From Cytophagales bacterium (GTDB lineage Bacteria; Bacteroidota; Bacteroidia; Cytophagales; JAHDFW01): a DNA stretch of 64,000 nt. The stretch covers positions 175,360 through 239,359 of the forward strand of contig CBDICC010000044.1 of the NCBI GenBank assembly GCA_965277185.1, read 5' to 3'. The position numbers were made by a program, and so were the translations under genes. The notes under the pieces are model-generated. The model had not been told where the DNA came from, ran no database searches, and worked only from the letters and a program-made list of their open reading frames with translations. Below, one piece after another: positions 48,889-57,154 of this stretch (position 1 is its first letter; each line of letters opens with the position of its first letter).

Positions 48889-50547
48889 TTATTTTAATAC
48901 AACGAAGAATAAAACCCAAACAATAAGTAAGACAGGAAGTAAAATCGGAATAGAGTATTTCACAACATAAGTCATAAACGCAGGCATTTTAACTCCTGTT
49001 TGTTCCGCAATAGATTTCACCATGAAGTTAGGTGCATTTCCAATATAAGTCATAGCACCAAAGAATACTGCAGAAACAGATATCGCCATTAATTCCCAAT
49101 GGGTATCGGCTCCTTCCACGTATTTCATTACGTTCGTAGGGGTCATTTCAGTCATACCTGCTTTACCCATACCTGCAGATAAGAAGTTCATGTAAGTAGG
49201 AGCATTATCCAATACTCCAGATAACGAACCTGTAAACCAGTAAAGAGAATTAACACCAATCATTTCACTACCTTCTGGTGTTCGAGCAAACGAACCTACC
49301 AATTGCAATGCAGGCATCATGGTGGCAAAGATTCCAATAAAGATAAATGCGACCTCCTTGACGGGTTCAAAATCAAATTCATTTCCTTTGAGACATTCCT
49401 TGTCCGCTGTTTTATATGCTAATATGGCGACGGTAAACATGATAAGCTCTCTTATAACACTAAATTTGGTAGCGGTTAAATTTTGTGCTGCAGTTAAGTT
49501 GTCTGTGATACCAAGTAAAACTTCTCCATTTTCTAACTGAATTATACCAGGTAGCCATCCCATTTTGTTTGGATCAAGAAAAACGGCTGCAATTACAACT
49601 GCCAACCAAATAATGTTTCGAGCTCCTTTTAGAGAAATTTTGCCGCTATATTTAATTTGCTCATCTGGTCCATCATAATCTGCTTTATTACGACGATCTA
49701 TGAAGTAGAAGATTGCTGCTAATAAACCAATTCCTACTATCCACTCAAGCCATACATGCGTTAACGTCCAGAAGAATGGAACACCCTTCAAAAAACCAAG
49801 AAATAAAGGTGGATCACCAATAGGAGTTAAACAACCACCTACGTTACTCACCATAAAGATGAAGAAAACAATATGATAAGGCTTAACGCGATTTTCATTA
49901 AGTCGAATGAAAGGACGAATCAAAAGCATGGAAGCTCCAGTGGTACCAATAACATTTGCAATTAATGCACCCACTACCAATAATGCTACATTTAAAAGTG
50001 GCTTACCTTCTCTGTCAATTTTAATTAAGATTCCTCCTGATGCAATAAATAAGGAAGCAATCAACGCTATAAAGGAGACATACTCCGCTAATGCATGCAC
50101 AGGATGATGAGCATCACCTAAAACAAACACATAGTACACAACTACTATTGAACCAAGAACAATAGCTACTAATGGATAGAATTTGTGCCAAAAATGCTCA
50201 AAAAACAAAGGACCAGTAGCTATCATCAATAATAATAGTACAAAAGGAATAATGGACCATAAAGCAGGATCATGATGTGCATCATCGTGCCCACCTCCAT
50301 GTTCTGTTCCGGCCTCAGCAGATGTCGCTGTATGACCTTCTGATTCTTCGCCACTATCTGTATTACCTACAGCGTCGGATTCAGACGGATTTTCGTCTCC
50401 ATTGTCAACCACATTGGAATCACTTTCATCCGCTGCTAACTCAATTCCATCTTCATTTGAATCTTCTTCTTGCGAAAATGCCGGGCTAAAGGCAAACATT
50501 GCTAACCCTAAAAAGATTAATAGATATTTCCTCATCATAGTACTCAT
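48889..50547 (-). CDS. Ion transporter (IT) superfamily sodium:proton antiporter-like protein
   Basis: GTTGASMLLIRP, SNVGGCLTPIGDPPLFLG, LDNAPTY and GAMTYIGNAPNFMVK motifs, with many transmembrane helices. Confidence 0.85.
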   Translation of the reverse strand: MSTMMRKYLLIFLGLAMFAFSPAFSQEEDSNEDGIELAADESDSNVVDNGDENPSESDAVGNTDSGEESEGHTATSAEAGTEHGGGHDDAHHDPALWSIIPFVLLLLMIATGPLFFEHFWHKFYPLVAIVLGSIVVVYYVFVLGDAHHPVHALAEYVSFIALIASLFIASGGILIKIDREGKPLLNVALLVVGALIANVIGTTGASMLLIRPFIRLNENRVKPYHIVFFIFMVSNVGGCLTPIGDPPLFLGFLKGVPFFWTLTHVWLEWIVGIGLLAAIFYFIDRRNKADYDGPDEQIKYSGKISLKGARNIIWLAVVIAAVFLDPNKMGWLPGIIQLENGEVLLGITDNLTAAQNLTATKFSVIRELIMFTVAILAYKTADKECLKGNEFDFEPVKEVAFIFIGIFATMMPALQLVGSFARTPEGSEMIGVNSLYWFTGSLSGVLDNAPTYMNFLSAGMGKAGMTEMTPTNVMKYVEGADTHWELMAISVSAVFFGAMTYIGNAPNFMVKSIAEQTGVKMPAFMTYVVKYSIPILLPVLLIVWVLFFVVLK

Positions 50548-50649
50548 TCTTAATGATAATTTACACTAAACAACATTTATAAAAATAAACTTAAAGAAAC
50601 CACACTTTGCCAACCTTAATGAAGAGGGGCGTAATTCTTCAAGTTCTGA

Positions 50650-50657
50650 CAAATGTA
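50650..50657 (-). promoter_or_regulatory. -7 promoter element of the antiporter gene
   Basis: TACATTTG on the minus strand, about 100 nt upstream of the start. Confidence 0.5.
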
Positions 50658-51289
50658 ATAGTTTTTAGAAAAGTAGGAAGACAAACGTGATATATTTTGG
50701 ATATAAATGGACTTATATAGACTTCTTAAGTTTGACTAGTAGCAATCTTTCAGACGGCAAACCGTATTGGATAAATTAGATTATTTTGGTTGAATTAATG
50801 AGGATTTACGTGTTAAAAATGGGATGGATGGATTAGGCTAGGGCAGATGGTTGTTCAATTGTGGAAGTAATAAAATGAAAAATACGAAAGATATGGTATT
50901 GTATGGGAGAAATGAACAATGTTTAATAAGGAATGTTTCATTAGAATCTTTATAGGGGATATTTCAAGTACTGATTTGGGTACTAAAATATGGAAAAAGG
51001 GAATTCTTCTTCACATACAAGAACAATATAATGTCCTTTTTACCTTAGGTCGTAAATCGGGAATAGACTAGTTGGAAAAGTAGTGGGTTACCTTTTAACC
51101 ACAATCAGTATGTATAATACATTTTGTATGGGATTTGTATAAGTTAACTTTTAAGTTCTGATTAAGGGAATCTTGAAAAATCATTAGAAAAATGCTAAAA
51201 AATATTGAAAAAAGCATATTTTTAGAAAAAAGGACTTGAAATCTTTGTTAATACTTTATAATTCATATTTATTGCGAAACACTTTTAAA

Positions 51290-51631
51290 ATGAAAAAAAT
51301 GGACCTGGCAAGAAAATTATCAATCGGATTTGTATTGTTATTGTGTGGCTTCTTCGCGAAAGCACAATCTTCTACAACACAATTAAGCTCCGAAGAATCC
51401 AATAATTCAGAGGTAGGTATGACTGAAACCACAACCAATGCATCTAACAGTGTTAGTGAATTGGGATTGGGGCAGGATGTTGATGTCTATACGGATTCAC
51501 CTACTAAGTTAGGTAAAGTATTTATTAATACAAATACCCTACGAAGTCAGAGAAATACTTACATGCCTCCGGTAGAAGCGCCTGTGAGCTCCAAGTCCAA
51601 AAAAGTTTTAACCAAAACTTCCGGAAACTAA
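51290..51631 (+). CDS. Small secreted Ser/Thr-rich hypothetical protein (cassette copy 1)
   Basis: 113 aa from the ATG at 51290. Signal peptide ending AKA|QS. Homologous to 62055-62438. Confidence 0.8.
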   Translation: MKKMDLARKLSIGFVLLLCGFFAKAQSSTTQLSSEESNNSEVGMTETTTNASNSVSELGLGQDVDVYTDSPTKLGKVFINTNTLRSQRNTYMPPVEAPVSSKSKKVLTKTSGN

Positions 51632-51646
51632 AATTAAACTTTTGAC

Positions 51647-51721
51647 AGCATCAATTTAAGATGCTTCTGTTTGAACCAATGTAGCTAAGCACTATGTGCA
51701 TAGTTTAGTTATTGGTTTCAA
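51647..51721 (+). other. Two intergenic stem-loops between the small gene and the protease gene
   Basis: agcatc-N7-gatgct (51647-51665), then a long imperfect hairpin ttgaaccaat...ctat-gtgc-atag...attggtttcaa (51671-51721). Confidence 0.6.
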
Positions 51722-51743
51722 TAATAAAGAACTTTAAAAAGAT

Positions 51744-54700
51744 ATGAATCATAAATACGTAAGTACCATGAGGTTATTAAAATTTTTATTGATGGGGTTT
51801 GTTTTCCTGTCCGCATCTATAGTCACGCAAGCTCAAAGTTGTATGATGACACCTCTTTCTTTAAATGAAAGGGTTAATAGCTCTGATCTTATAGTGGAGG
51901 GTAAGATATTAGGTCAAAAAGCATTTTGGAATCATGATAACAGCAAGATTTATACTGTTAACAAGATTGAAGTGTATAAGGTGTTTAAAGGAACTTTGAT
52001 GCAAAACGTGGTAAGTGTTTTGACTGAGGGTGGAATTGTAGGAAACAAAATGATGACGGCAAGACCTTCATTAGGTTTGGTTACTGGAGAAGTGGGAATG
52101 TTCACGTTGAAAATGAGCGGTACTACACTGACTAATTACGATCCTAACTTTATCGACGCAAACAGCAATTTGATTGGAACGAATGGTAACAGAGCAAACG
52201 TAGCGGCTAATTCAGTAAATGAGACTTTGTTTCTGCCTGTTGGAGCAGCACAAGGTTACATCAACTACGATCGTTATAAGCAAAAAGCTGTTGGTGTATT
52301 TGATAGTTATACAGATGTTGTAAATGATCTTTATATTGGAGTCAATAATATTACAAATAGAGGTTTCCTTGAAATTAAGCCTTTCGTTGCGAATGATTTT
52401 ATTAAACAAACAAATAACGGTTCTAGAGCAACAGTAGTTGTTACTAGTATTACAAACCCAGCAACGGCTACCAATTCAGCTTCTGCGGGTACTTATACTG
52501 AAATTGAAATTGTAGGTTCTGGATTTGGTACGTCCGTTGGACAACTTCGTTTTCCGAATGCGGATGATGGAGGAGCAACTACTATTAATTGTCCTGTTGG
52601 TTTGATCCTTTCTTGGACAGATACTCAAATTGACGTTTTGGTTCCAAGTGGGGCTTCTACTGGAAGTGTTGAAGTTCGAAATGCGACAACGGGATCTGGT
52701 ACAGGAACACTGATTGTACCTTACAATGTTTCAAACCTTGGAAGTAGTGGTGTTGAAAATGCGGCAGATATGATTAATACCAACGCTGTAGGAGGATATA
52801 CTTGGACATATAGTACTAATTTTTATTCTAATCCGGATGCTGTGGCTCGATTTGGAGAGTCGCTTTGTGAATGGACTGGTGCTACAGGGATTAATTGGGA
52901 TACAGCATCTACAACTTCAACGGTAGCTTGTGAAGCTTCTGGAGATGGTGTAAATATTGTTGCTTTTGATAACAGTTGTGGACTTAGTAGTGGGGTTTTA
53001 GGAACATGTTATTCTTACTATTCCGGATGTTATGGAGCGAGCGGTTTATCATGGTATGTAAGTGAATTAGATATTAAGTTTGATGCAAGTCAAAATTGGA
53101 ACTTTACCGCTGGAGCTCCAGCGTTTGCTGAATACGATTTTAAAAGTGTAGCAATGCACGAAGTGGGACATGGTCATCAGCTAGGTCACTTTGCACTTAG
53201 TTCAGATATCATGTACTGGTCTTTGACTAATGGTGCTCAAAATACAACGATTGATGCAAACGCTGCAAATGGTGGATTGTTCGTAATGGATCGTAATGGA
53301 ACTACAGCGGGGAATGCAGCATTTGATGCTGAAATTGCACATGTTGGTCATTCTGGAGGTAGCTTTGCAGCAAACGAGTGTGGTCCAGGAAGAATGATCC
53401 CTTATACTTGTACAGTAGGACCTAGCTGTTTTGATGGAATTCAAAATCAGGATGAGACGGCAATTGATTGTGGTGGGGCTAGTTGTCAAACTTGTGCAAC
53501 TAAATGTTCAAATGGAATTCAAGATGGATCTGAAACAGGAATTGATTGTGGAGGACCATGTACAGCTTGTTGTACTCCTCCTGCAAATGATTCAATTCAA
53601 TTTGCAGTAGTTGGAGCAGTATGCGGTGTAACAGTAAATAATGTAGATAACTCATGTTCTACAAATGATCCTGATTATGCAATTGGTTGCGTAAGTGGGG
53701 AAAACATGATGTGGTATTCAATTGATTTAGGTGCATTAGAAGATGGATTTGACTTAACAGTTAGTAACTCATCTACGGGAGCAAATTTTGAAATTGTAAT
53801 AATTGGTAATTATCCGAATGCACCTGCAGCATATGGTGTAGATTGTGGAGCAGTAGGGACGTATTCTTATTCTGGATTGCCACAAGATTCAGTGTATTAC
53901 ATTGGAATTGGAACTACCAATTCTGAAGTAGGTACGTTTGATTTATGTGTAACTGCAACGGGAAGTGCGTGTGTAGGTGGTGCACCAGCAAACGATGAAA
54001 TTTGTAACGCAGTTGCTTTGACAATGAATGCATGTCAAACAATTTTACAAACTGATTCTTGTGCTACGGCAGATTATACGGATGGAGCTTGTATTGAAGC
54101 TGGTTCTATGTCAGTATGGTATTCATTTAGATTAAGCAACCCTAACAATCAGGTAGAAATTTATTTTGATACAAATACGTTCCTTGGAGGATCAGTAGGA
54201 ATGATGGTGTTGGATAGTGCATGTTTAAGTCCATTGTTTGAGTGGTCTGATTGTGGAAATGCAAATTCAGATACATTCAGATTAACAAACTTAGAATATG
54301 ATTCTACTTATTATTTAATGGTTTCAAACCCTCAAGGTTCTCAGGGTGACTTTAAATTATGTATTAATGAGTCATTTGATCCTTGTGTTGCAGCACCTGC
54401 TGCGAATGATAGTATTTGTAATGCTTCTTTCGTTGCATTTGGTGTAGGAGGACAAACGTGTTTGACAAATCAAACAAACAATTGTTCATTCCCTGATTAC
54501 AGTATTGGATGTATTGATGCAAATACAAATACGGTTTGGTATGAATTTGATTTGGATAGTACAAATTCTGAAATAGAAATTACGTTTGATAATATCACAA
54601 CTACGGATGATACCTTGAGAGTAGGAATTATTGAAGCAATTGATTGTGATACATTATCTGCATGGGTTTATAACAGTTGTATAAGAGCAACAACAGATAC

Positions 54701-57086
54701 TATTACGCTTTCTCAATTAGACAGTACTGCAAGATATTTTATTCTAATTGGAACAGATATTGGAAGTGAAGGTAATTGGGATATGTGTCTTACACAGTCG
54801 ATTGATCCTTGCTTTAGTGCAGGAGCGCCGGCGAATGACTCTATTTGTGCTGCAACAATTATCCCAGTTGATAGTACTTGTTTAACAGGTCAATCAAATG
54901 AATGTGCAAATCGATCAGAAGTGTTTGGAGGATGTTTCAGTGCAGCAAATAGTACGATTTGGTATCGATTTACAATGTCAAATGCAACTGCAAATCAAAT
55001 GGATGTTTTTATTAACAACCATACGTTTGATGGCGATGTGAGCGCTATTGTAATGGGAGTGCCTGCTGGTACACCTTGTGCCCAGGTTAGTACAATTGGA
55101 CTAAATTATGGAACGGTTTGTCAGCATCCTGATAGTGGAGCCTTTACGTTTGATCAGTTATCTGATACGATTGACTATTATCTAGGTATTGGATCTCCAT
55201 CTACCGATGAAGGTACATTTGAAATTTGTTTACAAGAAGGTACTAAGCCTCCTGGAACAATTGTAGGTCCAGAACAGGATTGTTCTGGTGCGATTTCGCT
55301 TTGTTCAAGTAGTTGGACACAAACTGAATCATATATTGGAGCTGGAATCCAAGAATTGGTTGATGGAACGACTTGTATTGGAACAGAAGAAACAAATTCA
55401 TTATGGTTCGTATTCACGGTTCAATCCACAGATTCATTCGGATTTAATATTGTTACGGCAAATGATTATGATTTTGCGCTTTATAATATCTCTATTGACG
55501 GATGTGCAGGAATTCCTGGTCAAGTTCCAGATCGATGTAACTGGTGTTACGAACCAGGGAATACTGGATTAGATGAAACTACTTGGGATCCAACATTTGG
55601 ATTAAGTGAGCCAGGATCGAATCCATGTAATAAAATCATGGATGGTTTATGGGTAAATGCAGGTGAGACTTATGCATTGATGATTGATAACTATACAGCG
55701 GATAACGAAGGATTCACAATTGACTTTGAAGGAGCTTCGATTTACGATACAATTCCTCCACAACTTTGGAGTGCAGGACCTGATTGTGGAAACAACGCAT
55801 TTATCATAACAACTGATGAGCCAATCCAATGTGCATCAATTGATTTGAGTGATTTTAATATCTTTAATCAGGATGATGGATTAGATTGGACAGCTCAGTT
55901 TGATACTGCCTATGGTATAGGTTGTACAGGAGCAACGGGGCAAACTACAAATACTATTATTTTGCAGCACAATGGAACAATTCCTTCTGGTAACTATCGA
56001 GTTTCGATTGCACCGGTTCCAGGACCAAATGCATTGTTAGCAGATAAATGTGATAATCTTATTACAGTAGGTGGTTATGTAGATTTGGAGTATGTAATAG
56101 CAAATTTGGCTGCAACAGCAGATAAGTATATTACATGTACAGCTGGAGATGCTGTGGTTATTACGGCGACTGGTCTTCCGATAGGAGAAGTTTACTTATT
56201 GAATCCAGTAGGAGCAGCAAATTCTTCAGGGGTATTTACAGTAAATCCAACAACAACAACAACTTATACAATTAGCTCAACATATGCAGGTTGTTTAATT
56301 ACTACGAACATTACAATTCAGGTAATTTCAGAATTCACCACAATTGTAGATCCTACCTATTCAAAGATTTGTAACGGTACTATTGATATCATTGCAACGT
56401 CTACTATAAATGGTAATCCATGTAAAAATTGTGTATTCAGTTGGGGAGCACCAATTGGAAGAACGTCTGGATATACTCAATATGATACTGCCAATGTAGG
56501 AGATGGAACATATACGGTTCAAGCATCTTCCCCACTTGGTTGCGATGCAACATTAGAAAATTTTGAAGTTGATTTAGCTACGGCTGGATCAGGTGGAGTT
56601 TGTGAAGTAATGTATGTAGCTGGAGACGGTGTAGGTGTAGGAGCAAATAGTGGTCTTACCAAAGACTCTCCAACAACTTTAGATTCAGCACTTGCAAGAG
56701 CAATTTGTACAAACACAGTAATCAAATGTGCGGTAGGTACATATAGCTACGATGAGTATTTGTCGGTTAATAGTTACATAACAATTGAAGGAGGGTTTGA
56801 TGCAAATTACCTTACCAAATCATCTAACATGACCGGAACGAATGGTACTCGATTTATCCGTTCTGCCACAACTGCGGATGACGGAACTGGAGCTGGAACT
56901 GAATACAGTATGTTTAAAGTGGTAAGTGGATCTGAAGCATTCAGATTCCAGGACATTCGAATTGTAATGCCTGATCATGTAGCTGGAGCAGAGAAAACAA
57001 ACAAAGCAATTAATATGGCTACCAATTGTGTCAACTATTTCATAGTAAGATGTGATATCGACGCAGGAAGTGGTTCTGACGAATAA
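51744..57086 (+). CDS. Large secreted multidomain metzincin (M10/matrixin-like) protease/adhesin with no T9SS CTD
   Basis: Signal peptide TQA|Q, prodomain, IPT/TIG domain, HEVGHGHQLGH with Met-turn DIMY, two CxxGIQxxxETxIDCGG repeats, four PAND repeats, Ig-like domains, then a beta-helix-like start. Ends RCDIDAGSGSDE. Confidence 0.88.
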   Translation: MNHKYVSTMRLLKFLLMGFVFLSASIVTQAQSCMMTPLSLNERVNSSDLIVEGKILGQKAFWNHDNSKIYTVNKIEVYKVFKGTLMQNVVSVLTEGGIVGNKMMTARPSLGLVTGEVGMFTLKMSGTTLTNYDPNFIDANSNLIGTNGNRANVAANSVNETLFLPVGAAQGYINYDRYKQKAVGVFDSYTDVVNDLYIGVNNITNRGFLEIKPFVANDFIKQTNNGSRATVVVTSITNPATATNSASAGTYTEIEIVGSGFGTSVGQLRFPNADDGGATTINCPVGLILSWTDTQIDVLVPSGASTGSVEVRNATTGSGTGTLIVPYNVSNLGSSGVENAADMINTNAVGGYTWTYSTNFYSNPDAVARFGESLCEWTGATGINWDTASTTSTVACEASGDGVNIVAFDNSCGLSSGVLGTCYSYYSGCYGASGLSWYVSELDIKFDASQNWNFTAGAPAFAEYDFKSVAMHEVGHGHQLGHFALSSDIMYWSLTNGAQNTTIDANAANGGLFVMDRNGTTAGNAAFDAEIAHVGHSGGSFAANECGPGRMIPYTCTVGPSCFDGIQNQDETAIDCGGASCQTCATKCSNGIQDGSETGIDCGGPCTACCTPPANDSIQFAVVGAVCGVTVNNVDNSCSTNDPDYAIGCVSGENMMWYSIDLGALEDGFDLTVSNSSTGANFEIVIIGNYPNAPAAYGVDCGAVGTYSYSGLPQDSVYYIGIGTTNSEVGTFDLCVTATGSACVGGAPANDEICNAVALTMNACQTILQTDSCATADYTDGACIEAGSMSVWYSFRLSNPNNQVEIYFDTNTFLGGSVGMMVLDSACLSPLFEWSDCGNANSDTFRLTNLEYDSTYYLMVSNPQGSQGDFKLCINESFDPCVAAPAANDSICNASFVAFGVGGQTCLTNQTNNCSFPDYSIGCIDANTNTVWYEFDLDSTNSEIEITFDNITTTDDTLRVGIIEAIDCDTLSAWVYNSCIRATTDTITLSQLDSTARYFILIGTDIGSEGNWDMCLTQSIDPCFSAGAPANDSICAATIIPVDSTCLTGQSNECANRSEVFGGCFSAANSTIWYRFTMSNATANQMDVFINNHTFDGDVSAIVMGVPAGTPCAQVSTIGLNYGTVCQHPDSGAFTFDQLSDTIDYYLGIGSPSTDEGTFEICLQEGTKPPGTIVGPEQDCSGAISLCSSSWTQTESYIGAGIQELVDGTTCIGTEETNSLWFVFTVQSTDSFGFNIVTANDYDFALYNISIDGCAGIPGQVPDRCNWCYEPGNTGLDETTWDPTFGLSEPGSNPCNKIMDGLWVNAGETYALMIDNYTADNEGFTIDFEGASIYDTIPPQLWSAGPDCGNNAFIITTDEPIQCASIDLSDFNIFNQDDGLDWTAQFDTAYGIGCTGATGQTTNTIILQHNGTIPSGNYRVSIAPVPGPNALLADKCDNLITVGGYVDLEYVIANLAATADKYITCTAGDAVVITATGLPIGEVYLLNPVGAANSSGVFTVNPTTTTTYTISSTYAGCLITTNITIQVISEFTTIVDPTYSKICNGTIDIIATSTINGNPCKNCVFSWGAPIGRTSGYTQYDTANVGDGTYTVQASSPLGCDATLENFEVDLATAGSGGVCEVMYVAGDGVGVGANSGLTKDSPTTLDSALARAICTNTVIKCAVGTYSYDEYLSVNSYITIEGGFDANYLTKSSNMTGTNGTRFIRSATTADDGTGAGTEYSMFKVVSGSEAFRFQDIRIVMPDHVAGAEKTNKAINMATNCVNYFIVRCDIDAGSGSDE

Positions 57087-57154
57087 TTATTAAATACAAG
57101 TTAGAACCAAAAAGACACAATTAAATTAAGTTTAAGAGAATTTAGATAGAAATT

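Noticed and set aside
53157-53189. Zinc motif HEVGHGHQLGH has Gln in place of the canonical Gly of HExxHxxGxxH
   Set aside because: All three His, the Glu and the Met-turn are intact and identical in both copies, so there is no evidence of inactivation.
56250-56264. (ACA)n run as a possible phase-variation tract
   Set aside because: It is a short in-frame triplet run encoding the common PTTTTTY motif of Ig-like repeats, and slippage would not shift the frame.
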